From IMG/VR virus record IMGVR_UViG_3300044632_001003, positions 141,010 to 205,009 of that record: 64,000 bases of DNA. The stretch is one strand, 5' to 3'. A model generated the notes under the pieces. It worked only from the letters and a program-made list of their open reading frames with translations, had not been told where the DNA came from and ran no database searches. This document shows, in pieces, positions 27,983-38,396 of this stretch. The translations under genes and the position numbers were made by a program. Position 1 is the stretch's first letter. Each line of letters starts with the position of its first letter.

Positions 27983-30820
27983 TTAGAGTAGTGTAGTTCT
28001 TACAAATCTATAGGTTGTTAATCCTGTAACACCTGCCTCTGGAGTTGCTTGTAATTTACACACTCCAGCAGAGACTGTAGCTCCAACAGAAACAACAATC
28101 GATGGGTCATACATGATTGCATATTCTTGTGAATATGCGGTGGTTCCGTTTTGCATGACAAGAACTTTCTGAGATTGAATATAAGTTCCATATCCAACAT
28201 GGAGTGTATATTCTGCTGTCTTAAAGTCAGTTGTTGCGATTGTAAAGCTATCAATATCAGTTGCAACTCCAACAGTAGAATTGAAGGTTCCAAATCCTGT
28301 TGATACTCCGTATCTCTCAACTTGTAGTTTTGATACTGGATTTGTTGTAGCAATGCCAACATTGGAAAGTGTATGAATGCCAACGCCAGTTGCTACCCAG
28401 TAAGATTCTCCACCCCCACCACCAGCTCCTGCAGGTCCTTGAACACCCTGAATTCCTTGGGCGGCGGCAGAACCTGCTATACCCTGTGTTCCCTGGGATC
28501 CAGTAATACCTTGAATTCCTTGTGTTGCTGTTCCAGTAGTTCCCTGAACACCTTGAGTTCCTTGAGTTCCTGCTCCAGTAATACCTTGGATACCTTGAGT
28601 TCCCTGAGTTCCTTGAATACCTTGAATACCTTGAATACCTTGAGAACCTTGTGTCCCTGCACCAGCGATGCCCTGAATACCCTGAGTTCCTTGAGTTCCT
28701 GTTCCAGAAATACCCTGGATTCCCTGAGTTCCTTGAACACCCTGAATACCTTGAGTTCCTGCTCCAGTAATACCTTGGATTCCTTGAATACCTTGGATAC
28801 CTTGAGTTCCCTGTGAAGCTTGTGTTCCTTGGACACCCTGAACACCTTGGGTTCCCTGAATACCTTGAGAAGCAAAGGCACCATCATTTCCCTGAATACC
28901 CTGAGCACCAGGTCCTCCAGTTGCCCCACCAGTTCCCTGAGAACCTTGAATCCCTTGACTTCCAGTTCCAGTTGTACCCTGAGTTCCATTAGAACCCTGA
29001 GTACCTTGAATACCTTGAACCGTCGCATCAGAACCCTGAACACCTTGAGTCCCTTGAACACCTTGCCCACCAACAACACCTTGAATACCTTGATATCCTT
29101 GGGCAGCTGCTTCACCTGATATTCCCTGATTTCCCTGAGTTCCATTAGACCCAGCGACACCTTGAATACCTTGATATCCCTGGAAAGTTGCAGATCCATC
29201 ATTTCCCTGGACACCTTGACCACCTTGAAGACCCTGGTTACCCTGAACACCTTGAGAACCAGTTGCACCATTGGCACCTTGGATTCCCCCAGAACCTTGA
29301 GTTCCACCCTCACCCTGAACACCCTGAGTTCCTTGAGTTCCTGCCCCTATAGTGCCCTGAATACCCTGAACACCTTGACGACCTTGTGTTCCTTGAGTTC
29401 CACCGTATCCCTGAACACCCTGAATACCCTGGCGTCCTTGTGACCCCTGAGTACCTTGAGTTCCTCCAGAACCTTGAGTTCCTGCTGTACCTTGAGCTCC
29501 AGACCCAGTAACACCTTGAATACCTTGAGTTCCTTGAGTACCGCTATCCCCCTTATCACCAGTTCTAGCAAAAGTAATAATTACATCTTCATCGTTAGAA
29601 AATGAAGAAGCACTTGCGGTGCTTATACCACAAGGAATTTTAAAATATCCTGTTCCTTCTACACTTGACCCAGTAATAACAAATAAAGCAAAATCAGAAG
29701 CGTTTGATTTATTTGTTATTCTAAAATGACCCTTTATTGATGAAGTAGAATCATCAATCGTTCTTAGATAATCCTGAATATCAGTAGCATTATCATCCTG
29801 GTCATCAATATAAAGTTCGGTTGCTATACCGACAGAAGCATTGTTTAACTTTAATCTACCAGATCCAGGGTCTGTATCTGAAGTATTAGAGTCAAAAGTA
29901 AAGTCAAATGTTACGCCACCAAAATTACCAGTAGTTCCCTGAATACCCTGAACACCTTGAGTTCCTTGAATTCCTTGAACTGTTGATGCACTACCTTGGA
30001 TACCCTGAACACCTTGAGATCCATTTGTTCCACCTACACCTTGGATACCCTGAACACCTTGAGTTCCATTTGTTCCATTTGCGCCATCTACACCTTGGAT
30101 ACCTTGAATACCTTGAGTCCCTGGACCACCGCCACCTACTACTGTCTCAAATACAAATTTTCCTAAAGTATGATCATACTTTAAATACTTACCATCATAA
30201 GCAGAAGCATTTGTTGCAATACCAACAACGTCATCAAGATACTTTAGTTTAGTTTCACCACCGCCACCAACTGTAGCAATTTGCTCCTGAATACGATTGA
30301 TGAATAAATTATAGTGCTTATTCAGGTCTTCAATCGTTACAAAATTTTGATCTAATGGTGTCAGTGGATCTGTAGTAACTGTTTCTGGTGGTTGATTTAA
30401 CAAACCCTCTTGAAGGTCATTATAAATTCTTAAGACCTTATCTACTTTCTTTTCAATACTTGGAATATTAAAAAGAAAATTTTCAGATATCTCATCAAAA
30501 ATTTGCTTTCTCAATAAAGAAAGTTCTTCTTCTACAGAATTAATATGCCCCTTTACCTTCTTAATTGAATTATTATTTACCTTTGATTCTCTTACAACAG
30601 AAATTTCTTCCGTTAGAATATCATTTTTTGCAGGAACAGCATCCTCTCTCCAACTATATTTTACAACTTCATTCTCCTTATTTTTTTGCTCATACAAAAA
30701 ATTCTTGTCACTGTCATTAACGGCAACATCGGTCTTTTTTAATTCAGATTCCAACATCTTAAGTTTTTCATCCAAGTTGGAACCCTTGGAATGTCTTATA
30801 CTCTTCTTAAAAATACCCAT
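27983..30820 (-). CDS. Collagen-like fibre protein (945 aa) with coiled-coil N-terminus
   Basis: Long G-X-Q tracts; GGGGETKL.YLDDV motif; VGIATT C-terminal domain. Confidence 0.8.
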   Translation of the reverse strand: MGIFKKSIRHSKGSNLDEKLKMLESELKKTDVAVNDSDKNFLYEQKNKENEVVKYSWREDAVPAKNDILTEEISVVRESKVNNNSIKKVKGHINSVEEELSLLRKQIFDEISENFLFNIPSIEKKVDKVLRIYNDLQEGLLNQPPETVTTDPLTPLDQNFVTIEDLNKHYNLFINRIQEQIATVGGGGETKLKYLDDVVGIATNASAYDGKYLKYDHTLGKFVFETVVGGGGPGTQGIQGIQGVDGANGTNGTQGVQGIQGVGGTNGSQGVQGIQGSASTVQGIQGTQGVQGIQGTTGNFGGVTFDFTFDSNTSDTDPGSGRLKLNNASVGIATELYIDDQDDNATDIQDYLRTIDDSTSSIKGHFRITNKSNASDFALFVITGSSVEGTGYFKIPCGISTASASSFSNDEDVIITFARTGDKGDSGTQGTQGIQGVTGSGAQGTAGTQGSGGTQGTQGSQGRQGIQGVQGYGGTQGTQGRQGVQGIQGTIGAGTQGTQGVQGEGGTQGSGGIQGANGATGSQGVQGNQGLQGGQGVQGNDGSATFQGYQGIQGVAGSNGTQGNQGISGEAAAQGYQGIQGVVGGQGVQGTQGVQGSDATVQGIQGTQGSNGTQGTTGTGSQGIQGSQGTGGATGGPGAQGIQGNDGAFASQGIQGTQGVQGVQGTQASQGTQGIQGIQGIQGITGAGTQGIQGVQGTQGIQGISGTGTQGTQGIQGIAGAGTQGSQGIQGIQGIQGTQGTQGIQGITGAGTQGTQGVQGTTGTATQGIQGITGSQGTQGIAGSAAAQGIQGVQGPAGAGGGGGESYWVATGVGIHTLSNVGIATTNPVSKLQVERYGVSTGFGTFNSTVGVATDIDSFTIATTDFKTAEYTLHVGYGTYIQSQKVLVMQNGTTAYSQEYAIMYDPSIVVSVGATVSAGVCKLQATPEAGVTGLTTYRFVRTTLL

Positions 30821-30855
30821 TAATATAAAGGTTTTCTTTTTAATAATAGTATTTA

Positions 30856-31020
30856 TTATACCCTGTATTCCTCTATTTTATCAAGAACTTTGTTGAGATA
30901 ATGATGGGCTAACCACTTAGGATCATATCCAGACTTATTCATCCACTCTTTATCCAAGTCTGCCTTTAATTTAATAACCTCACACTTGATAATATCTTTG
31001 GTCAGGTGTCCGCGTGGCAT
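30856..31020 (-). CDS. Small cyanophage hypothetical protein (54 aa)
   Basis: MPRGHLTKDIIKCEVIKLK...YLNKVLDKIEEYRV; TAAATA upstream. Confidence 0.6.
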   Translation of the reverse strand: MPRGHLTKDIIKCEVIKLKADLDKEWMNKSGYDPKWLAHHYLNKVLDKIEEYRV

Positions 31021-31079
31021 AATACTAAAAAACTCTGCTGCTTATTTAGCAACAGAGTTAAATATTATGAAGTCTTATA

Positions 31080-31607
31080 TCAAACAGTAGTGCCAACCTT
31101 CACATTTGCTGACACATACTCTAGAACATTTTCTGGAGTAGTCTGCTCATAAGGGTCGGTGTCGGCGTTGTCCCGTTGCCCCACTTCCACGAATAGTTTC
31201 TCGATGACTCCGTTATCCACGACCGCAGCATAACGCCAAGAGCGATCACCGAAACCAAGGTTAGACTTGCTGACAAGCATTCCCATAGAACGTGTGAAGT
31301 AAGCATTGCCGTCTGGGATGAGTTTGACATTAGCAATATTCTGGTCCTTAGCCCAGGCATTCATTACAAACCCATCATTAACAGAGATGCAATAAATGTC
31401 ATCAATGCCAAGTCCAATAAAATCTTCGTACTTCTCTTCAAATCCAGGCAGCTGATAAGCAGAGCAAGTAGGAGTGAATGCACCAGGCAGACTGAAAATA
31501 ACCACACGCTTACCATCAAAAAGTTCCGAAGTTGTACGATTTACAAACTCACCAGACTCACGAAAGGTGAATTGAACTTGAGGAACTTGATATCCTTCGC
31601 TACGCAT
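31080..31607 (-). CDS. Peroxiredoxin, Prx5/type II family
   Basis: FSLPGAFTPTCS, SVNDGFVMNAW, RSWRYA; start placed at MRSEG after a GGAGG RBS. Confidence 0.92.
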   Translation of the reverse strand: MRSEGYQVPQVQFTFRESGEFVNRTTSELFDGKRVVIFSLPGAFTPTCSAYQLPGFEEKYEDFIGLGIDDIYCISVNDGFVMNAWAKDQNIANVKLIPDGNAYFTRSMGMLVSKSNLGFGDRSWRYAAVVDNGVIEKLFVEVGQRDNADTDPYEQTTPENVLEYVSANVKVGTTV

Positions 31608-31618
31608 TTTAACCTCCA

Positions 31619-31738
31619 TCACCAAACACCAGGAATTACTTGACCAGTGAAAGCATAAGAGGCAACAGCTGCAACGAAACCAAGCATTGCCAGACGAGAA
31701 TTGAGGATTTCTGCCTCAGGGGTAAAACCGAATTTCAT
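31619..31738 (-). CDS. hli: High-light-inducible protein (39 aa)
   Basis: [39 protein letters not shown], containing the ExxNxRLAM motif; absent from the ORF track. Confidence 0.92.
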   Translation of the reverse strand: MKFGFTPEAEILNSRLAMLGFVAAVASYAFTGQVIPGVW

Positions 31739-32010
31739 TTTTTTTCTCCTTGATAGGGGTGTTGTTGTTTAAGTTCTGGATTGGGTTGGGAGAAGACCAT
31801 AGGACTTCTGGTTTTATTCTTGATAACAATAAAAGCGTCGTTCTGATAGGTTACGGTTCCAAATGGCTTCGCCCACTTTGCATTTGCGTCTGGGTGAGTC
31901 GCAGTTCCAGTTACTGCTACTCCACCAATCTCAACAGAGAGTTCATCATTCATATCCCACCCAAGTTCTTGAAGGGCAAGTGCAAACTGCCCAAGCATTC
32001 CAGCGGTCAC
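31735..32010 (-). CDS. Cyanophage hypothetical protein
   Basis: 91 aa, overlapping petF and hli at both ends. Confidence 0.65.
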   Translation of the reverse strand: MTAGMLGQFALALQELGWDMNDELSVEIGGVAVTGTATHPDANAKWAKPFGTVTYQNDAFIVIKNKTRSPMVFSQPNPELKQQHPYQGEKK

Positions 32011-32297
32011 AGGTTTTCCTCTTGCTCAGTGAGAATCACACAATCGCTAGTAGGATAGGCAACACATGTGAGTACCCAACCGTCAGCAATTTGGTCATCA
32101 TCCAGGAAAGACTGTTCTTCATTATCGACGGTGCCACTAATCAGTTTTCCAGCACAGGCAGAGCAAGCACCTGCCTTACAGGAGGAAGGAAGATCGACAC
32201 CTGCGTCTTCTGCTGCTTCAAGAATGTACTGATCACCTTCACACTGGATGGTGGTCTCAGTGCCATCGGGAGAGCGGAGAGTAACATTATAAGCCAT
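32007..32297 (-). CDS. petF: Plant-type [2Fe-2S] ferredoxin
   Basis: [15 protein letters not shown]...VLTCVAYP. Confidence 0.97.
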   Translation of the reverse strand: MAYNVTLRSPDGTETTIQCEGDQYILEAAEDAGVDLPSSCKAGACSACAGKLISGTVDNEEQSFLDDDQIADGWVLTCVAYPTSDCVILTEQEENL

Positions 32298-32300
32298 AGT

Positions 32301-32387
32301 TTAATAAGTTTCTGATAGTTGATTTACGGAGTGTGCCAGTAATACGAGAAAGGCAACACTAGTAATTGTAAAGATAATTGAAGTCAT
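32301..32387 (-). CDS. 28-aa single-TM microprotein
   Basis: MTSIIFTITSVAFLVLLAHSVNQLSETY fills the gap between hli and petF. Confidence 0.5.
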   Translation of the reverse strand: MTSIIFTITSVAFLVLLAHSVNQLSETY

Positions 32388-32400
32388 TGTCAATCAATTG

Positions 32401-32595
32401 TCAGAAGATTCCGAAGAAGAACTTGTCAGTGAGAGCATAAGAAATAAACCCAGCAATAATGCCGACCATTGCCCAACGCCCATTAGTTTTCTCCTTTACT
32501 TGATTGGGCGTATCCATCCCATAATTTTCATAGTACATTACGGGCTCTTTAGCAAACATATTTTGCTGCCCATACTCATTCGTTGTTACAGTCAT
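32401..32595 (-). CDS. hli: High-light-inducible protein
   Basis: NMFAKEP...EKTNGRWAMVG...FFGIF. Confidence 0.92.
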   Translation of the reverse strand: MTVTTNEYGQQNMFAKEPVMYYENYGMDTPNQVKEKTNGRWAMVGIIAGFISYALTDKFFFGIF

Positions 32596-32596
32596 C

Positions 32597-32660
32597 GTTA
32601 CATTCGTTAAGAATTGTTACACAATTATATAGCAAAAATAAAGGGGCGTCAAGCCCCCTT
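32597..32660 (-). promoter_or_regulatory. Terminator of the glycan operon fused to the hli promoter, with HLR1-like repeats
   Basis: Hairpin AAGGGGGC-TTGAC-GCCCCTT; TTGACG-17-TATAAT; GTTACATT/GTTAAGAA/GTTACACA repeats at 32597-32623. Confidence 0.7.
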
Positions 32661-32697
32661 TGTTACGGTTTCCCGATTTATTAAGTATAAATGCTTA

Positions 32698-33489
32698 CTA
32701 TTTGCCTTCCCAACCAGGTGGAAGAGTTCCATAGTAAGGATTCAATTCGAAAAATTGATTCCAATCATCAATCTTATTGGATTCGTTTTTCCAAAAATCC
32801 CACAGACCATCATAACTTGATTTATGAAATACATCTACATGTTCTGTATGGATTGTTGATCCAAGTTCAATCTTATAAAGAAATAAAGGGATTGCATAAG
32901 TATTGCCAGAGTTATAAATCAAGTCATCTGCAACTGCCCTTGGCTTAACTCCATTATCCAGTTTATATTTGTCACCTCTAACATGCAGTTCAATTAACTT
33001 TTGTGCGTGACGACGAGTAATCAAATAACATGCCGTAGAAAAATCATTTACAAAACGACGATGAATTGGAATATTAATTTGTGCTGGATTAATAATCGCA
33101 AGTTGAACCACATCATAAGCATACGGAATTTTGGAAAAGAAATCTTTCCAAGTAAATGGCCAATATGAAACTGTGGAAATATCACAATCATCCTCCATGA
33201 TTAAAGCACATGGAGCATCAGAGGTCTCAACAAAATGCTTAAGAACTTTCAGGTGAGAAGTTACACATCCAACCTCTCCCGAATTCATCATGTCAGGATA
33301 TCGACCTTTTAGAATTGAACCTAGATCATCTTCTCTACCATCATAAGCAGAGATTCTCTCAAAGTTTTCAATTTCCCAGTACTTAAACTGACCTTCCATA
33401 TATTGTGCCCTTTCTGGTTGCCCATCAAGATTGATATAATAGATGGGAGGAAGACCTTTAAGTTTATACGCTGCTTTATTCTTGTCCAT
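32698..33489 (-). CDS. Glycosyltransferase family 25
   Basis: YYINLD...R, RISAYDG, GEVGCVTSH, LIMEDD. Confidence 0.85.
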   Translation of the reverse strand: MDKNKAAYKLKGLPPIYYINLDGQPERAQYMEGQFKYWEIENFERISAYDGREDDLGSILKGRYPDMMNSGEVGCVTSHLKVLKHFVETSDAPCALIMEDDCDISTVSYWPFTWKDFFSKIPYAYDVVQLAIINPAQINIPIHRRFVNDFSTACYLITRRHAQKLIELHVRGDKYKLDNGVKPRAVADDLIYNSGNTYAIPLFLYKIELGSTIHTEHVDVFHKSSYDGLWDFWKNESNKIDDWNQFFELNPYYGTLPPGWEGK

Positions 33490-34195
33490 GGTTCAATATG
33501 TTGTTTAAAATTTCGACCTTTTGATTGAATACATTTACCTTACCATCCCATAAAGTTCCACCTCTAAAGTGAAGAAACTTCCCATTCATAAAAGTTTCCA
33601 TATTAATAAGAGTTTGACCACGATAATCACCCTCAAATACACAGTCTATAGATTCTGGGGTAATATTATTTTCGTTTAAAAAGTTATAAGATTCTCCACC
33701 AGTATCACACAGTTGCCCACCAAACGATCCTGGAAAAAATCTTGGTCTCCCAGACATCTCTTTTAATTTAGGCATATTTAAAAGAGTAAATCCTGGCCAA
33801 AGATAATTAACATCTTCTCGACTTTGCATATATGAAGATATAACTTTATCTTCCATATAATTGACCATATCAAACTTTTCCATCAAAAAGCAATCACTAT
33901 CCACAAGGAAAACAACATCATCCATACAAGACCTATAGATGATATTATCAAGTGCATATTGAATTGCATTTGCGTGAGATGCCGAAGGTCCAGCAACATC
34001 TGAATTCATATTCTTGATGTATGTTGCATCATACATCTCACAAATTCTCATGAACTCATTGCTAATATCTGGATCCTTTGAATCATCTATTGCAAAAAGA
34101 CGATAATCACACGTCAGATTTTCTTGGAACTGAATGCATTGCAATTCCAAGAACTGAGGAAAATTAACAACTGGAGAAAAAATACTTAGTTTCAT
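33476..34195 (-). CDS. Putative GT-A fold glycosyltransferase
   Basis: IDDS, DSD (DxD) motif, DTGG, HFRGG. Confidence 0.55.
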   Translation of the reverse strand: MKLSIFSPVVNFPQFLELQCIQFQENLTCDYRLFAIDDSKDPDISNEFMRICEMYDATYIKNMNSDVAGPSASHANAIQYALDNIIYRSCMDDVVFLVDSDCFLMEKFDMVNYMEDKVISSYMQSREDVNYLWPGFTLLNMPKLKEMSGRPRFFPGSFGGQLCDTGGESYNFLNENNITPESIDCVFEGDYRGQTLINMETFMNGKFLHFRGGTLWDGKVNVFNQKVEILNNILNHGQE

Positions 34196-34911
34196 TTCTT
34201 CTGGAGAACTACCTGATATTCGTCCATTACCAATTCAAATCCATTATCAATCAGATAAGGAATTGAATATTTTGCCTTACCATAATCAGATTCATCTTCA
34301 GCAATAATCTTAGGAGTTGTATTCCTAACATCATCAATCAGAATAATTCCTTTGTCGCTGATTAAATCCCTTTCAACGATAATCTTAGATTCTCTCAAAT
34401 GAAGTTCTGCAGTTGGTTCAATGGGAGTCATATCCCCAGTGTCCATGTACAGAAAATCAATCTTACCTTCACCGAGTTCTAGAAACTCCTCAGAGGACAT
34501 AACAACATGCTCAATGTTATCAAGACCTTCAGTTACAACTTTACTTCTACGAATATGACGTGGTTCCAAATCAACAGTGATGAAATCAATATCTGTTCCC
34601 TGAATTAATTCACCAACAACACGGGTGAAGCAACCCGCTGCCCAGTCCCACACATCAGGATTTTCTGGTTGCCAAAACTTAATATCATCACTATTGCATC
34701 CAGGAAACTTACCATCAACAAAACTGCGAGTTGTTCCAAGTTCAACAATTGTAGTAAAACCATTCTCTACAACTTGGTCCCAGCAATACTTCATTGTATC
34801 GTAACGGAACTTAGGAACTCTTCCGTAATACTTTTTAAATTCTTCATCAGTAGTATATTTTGCGTGAGCATTATCCATATACTCTTTATACTTTTCTAAT
34901 GCATTAGACAT
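34192..34911 (-). CDS. Putative SAM-dependent methyltransferase
   Basis: IVELGT, IDFLYMD, ILIDD. Confidence 0.7.
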   Translation of the reverse strand: MSNALEKYKEYMDNAHAKYTTDEEFKKYYGRVPKFRYDTMKYCWDQVVENGFTTIVELGTTRSFVDGKFPGCNSDDIKFWQPENPDVWDWAAGCFTRVVGELIQGTDIDFITVDLEPRHIRRSKVVTEGLDNIEHVVMSSEEFLELGEGKIDFLYMDTGDMTPIEPTAELHLRESKIIVERDLISDKGIILIDDVRNTTPKIIAEDESDYGKAKYSIPYLIDNGFELVMDEYQVVLQKK

Positions 34912-35926
34912 TATAGATTTTCCTCCATTGTTGTAGGGTTTTTTCCTTATGGGTTTTACTGCATTCTAACATTATAGCACAAATCTCTTCTCTGTGTGAA
35001 ACAACAGTTCGAAATGCTTCTGGTATTTCAGAGAAGTCATCAATATAAACTGCAAACTTATCAAAGTATTCATTATACCATTCACATGTCTGAACAGTAT
35101 TCTGATAGAGACCGCTACCAAACCAATAATTTGGTTGTCTCGAAAGTTTAAATATCAAATCCTCAGATGGAAGAATGACAGGCAATCCAATGCCCATCAT
35201 TTCAAATGCTGCAAGTTTAGAATACTGCTCTGGTAAAATAAAATATGCTTGATATTTCTTTGCAAGTTCAACAAGTCCAGAGTACCCCCTGTACTTACAA
35301 ACATCTGCAACTAAATTATAGGAATCAAATAATTTTATACTATCTTGAAAAATTGTGTCATTATGATAGCGAGATATAAGCACATCTCCACCTTTCAATT
35401 CATCTCCGTAATCCCCACCAAATCCGATTAATTTCAAATCATCTTCATCAGAAAGCGAAGTATCAATTGAATAACCAATAGGTCTCACAACTTCTTCAGT
35501 GATATTCACTCCAAAGTGCTTTGCCCACACTCTTTCAAATTCAGTATATGGAATCACTTTTACATTATCCATTGTTGTTGCTTGAGCGAACAAGGTATGA
35601 TAATCACTATCACCTTGCATATCATAATTAAATCGATTACAGACCCAGATAATCAATTGGCCAGTAAATTCTTGAATATTCTCAAGAAAAATTCGTGAAA
35701 GTGGAGCAGTGTCTGAGGTAATTACAAAATCAAAAGAATTAAAGTATTCTTTGTTCTTTTGCCAAACAGAGTTTGCATAATCTTTACTAATCACATAATG
35801 ATCTCTCTCAAGGATTTGGTTCCAAATTGAAAGTTTATTGGTTAAATCCAAACCCAATTCATTACAAACATATTGATGGTCCTTCAGGCAACCATAATGG
35901 TGTGATAGATGTAGAACTTTTTTCAT
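34904..35926 (-). CDS. Putative GT-B-like glycosyltransferase or hypothetical protein
   Basis: FE.MG.GLPVILP resembles the GT-B signature; operon context. Confidence 0.5.
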   Translation of the reverse strand: MKKVLHLSHHYGCLKDHQYVCNELGLDLTNKLSIWNQILERDHYVISKDYANSVWQKNKEYFNSFDFVITSDTAPLSRIFLENIQEFTGQLIIWVCNRFNYDMQGDSDYHTLFAQATTMDNVKVIPYTEFERVWAKHFGVNITEEVVRPIGYSIDTSLSDEDDLKLIGFGGDYGDELKGGDVLISRYHNDTIFQDSIKLFDSYNLVADVCKYRGYSGLVELAKKYQAYFILPEQYSKLAAFEMMGIGLPVILPSEDLIFKLSRQPNYWFGSGLYQNTVQTCEWYNEYFDKFAVYIDDFSEIPEAFRTVVSHREEICAIMLECSKTHKEKTLQQWRKIYNV

Positions 35927-36822
35927 TGCTCAGAAATCCAATCCTCAAGTTTTATACTCGATTGCCACCCATAAACTCTCTTTATCTTAGATACATTTGC
36001 CAAACTCTGCCTTGCTTCCGCAGGTCTTGGTGGAATGTGTGTAATATCACTGGAAATCATCTCAGCAATTTTTTTAATCGTTGTAGCCTTACCAGTTCCA
36101 ACATTATAGACTTGTCCATAAGTCTCAACATCCTTTTCAGCAACAGTAAGGTTTGCTGAGGCAATATCAGATACATGAATAAAGTCTCTAGTTTGTCTGC
36201 CATCACCAACAACAGTCAAGGTTTTTCCATCCTTTCTCTGATCTAGAAAAATTCCCATCACAGGAGCGTATTGACCCGTCTTTGGTTGGCGTGGTCCATA
36301 GACATTAAAGTATCTAAGAGTTACTGTCTTCACATTATATAAGTCAGCATACATCTTCATCAAATATTCACCAGACAACTTAGAAACTGAATAAGGATTC
36401 AAAGGGTCTGGGGTATCAGTCTCTAAGCAAATTTTATCAGTCAGACCGTAGATTGCTGCTGTAGATGAAAATACAACTTTATCAACCTTAGCAACTCTTG
36501 CTGCTTCCAAAACGTGACAAAGACTTGATACATTATTGAGATATGCTTTGTCTGGATTCTCAATACAATAAGGAATGGAAACATCAGATGCTAGATGAAA
36601 AATGTAATCACATCCCCTACACATTTCTGTTAGAGTTCCAAGATTATCAGGAGAACTTAAATCAAACTGATAGTTTCTAGCACCAGGATTCCAATAATAC
36701 TCATCATGACTATTGGCAGATTCATTGTCTATGACCATTACGTCGTAGTCATTTGCCAATAGTAAATCTACCAGATTAGATCCAATAAATCCTGCACCAC
36801 CTGTAACTAATGCTTTTTTCAT
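35923..36822 (-). CDS. NAD-dependent epimerase/dehydratase (WcaG/GalE-like)
   Basis: VTGGAGFIGS, YSVSK, RYFNVYGP, RDFIHV. Confidence 0.92.
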   Translation of the reverse strand: MKKALVTGGAGFIGSNLVDLLLANDYDVMVIDNESANSHDEYYWNPGARNYQFDLSSPDNLGTLTEMCRGCDYIFHLASDVSIPYCIENPDKAYLNNVSSLCHVLEAARVAKVDKVVFSSTAAIYGLTDKICLETDTPDPLNPYSVSKLSGEYLMKMYADLYNVKTVTLRYFNVYGPRQPKTGQYAPVMGIFLDQRKDGKTLTVVGDGRQTRDFIHVSDIASANLTVAEKDVETYGQVYNVGTGKATTIKKIAEMISSDITHIPPRPAEARQSLANVSKIKRVYGWQSSIKLEDWISEQ

Positions 36823-37755
36823 AAGATTGCAAACATGTCCTTTAATCTACTTACATAGGTATGCCCATCTCTAATGAAGGACATCGCACTTCTCATTTTC
36901 TCTTCAGTGCAGTTTCTAGAATCTTCAACCAGTTTCTGATATAGATTTTCTAGATTGGAATCGGTTAAAGTGTTCTCCAAAAACATCGGCAATTTCTGGA
37001 TGATTTGAACCCGTCCATCTACCATAACTAATGTTCTTAAATAATCTACAAGGATAATATCTACCCTGCACCAAATGGGGAGCATCTCGTATATCAACTG
37101 AAATATAAGAGTCTCTTACCATCTGAATGTTTTGATTGATGTCTGGAGCACTGTTAGAGTAAATACCAGACCATCCACCAGGATTCCTAAAATACTTTCC
37201 GTGCCTTTCACAGATATTTTTAAACTCTAGGATATTCTGCCCGTTTGGAGTTCCGATAAAATAAATGCTATCTCTCGACTCATCAAACAATTCAGGTTCA
37301 ACTTGATCGATTTCATCGGGCAGTAAATCAGTTGCCCACATCGTTGTAATTGTCTTCGTCTTTGGATGAAAATAATGGTGCAAACTTATCTTCTGCAACT
37401 CATCATCACTTGACCAAGTAATATTATCTGCAGGATTCCAACGATCTGCAAAATAAACAAAGTTAAAATACCTTGGATGCGTTAAGCGATATGGAGTATC
37501 TCTATCAGAAAGCCCAAAAGGCAAATCTGCATTGTGATTAAAATACACACAGTCATCTAAAACTGGCATATTCTTACAAACATTATGCTCAGTAATAAAA
37601 ATAGATTCAGAAAAATCTACATTACTCACATCGTCATCATCATCAAACCATTCAACTTCATATCCAAGATAATCTGCTGCCCGCCAATATCCGAAATGTA
37701 CATAAGAGTGAGTATGAGTTCCAATCTTATGTCCCCATATTACTACCTTTTTCAT
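36819..37755 (-). pseudogene. Glycosyltransferase-like gene split by a frameshift near 36966
   Basis: The 276-aa ORF ends abruptly; another frame carries a plausible C-terminus (...IRDGHTYVSRLKDM) whose stop overlaps the next ATG. Confidence 0.6.
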
Positions 37756-38396
37756 TCTTTAACCCTCAATGGTAACCAAAAACGTTGGTCGGGAGACATA
37801 AACTCTACTGAAGGATAATCTGTCAATTTACCATCCGTTCCGTTAGAACTGGTTTGATAGAACATAGGTTCATCAAAAGCATATACATCATAATACTTTT
37901 GAACATCAGCAAATCCAATATCATGATGATCGGAAATCAAATACCCATGATAGGCAATTCGCTTGCACAAATCAACGTAGTCAGGATTGATATAGAGAAT
38001 TGCATGGGCACTAACCATATTATAAATGCGAACTAAATCATCATACCCCTCTACTTTGTCCCACTGAACACAAGGTCCAGAGTGAGAGTTCATTCTTCCC
38101 CATGAAGAAATTCCTAGATAAACAGCATCTGCCTCATCAGGAATCTCAATCTCATCTACAAAGTTAAGAGGAATGCAATCATCCTCTAAAACAATAAAGG
38201 GAGAATCTACTTCCTCCAATGCCAAAGCATGGGAATAAGCACATCCCCTTTTACCTATTGGGTCTTTGAATGCAGAAACCCTAATAACATTTTTGAATCC
38301 TAGTTTTTCTAGATTCTCTTCCATCAACTCCCGCCTACGGGATTGTTCATCTAAGTTAATATAAACAACTGGTAGTTCTGTCAGTTTTAACTTCAT
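37752..38396 (-). CDS. Glycosyltransferase family 25-like
   Basis: VYINLD...RR, GCAYSH, IVLEDD, SAHAILY. Confidence 0.8.
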   Translation of the reverse strand: MKLKLTELPVVYINLDEQSRRRELMEENLEKLGFKNVIRVSAFKDPIGKRGCAYSHALALEEVDSPFIVLEDDCIPLNFVDEIEIPDEADAVYLGISSWGRMNSHSGPCVQWDKVEGYDDLVRIYNMVSAHAILYINPDYVDLCKRIAYHGYLISDHHDIGFADVQKYYDVYAFDEPMFYQTSSNGTDGKLTDYPSVEFMSPDQRFWLPLRVKE

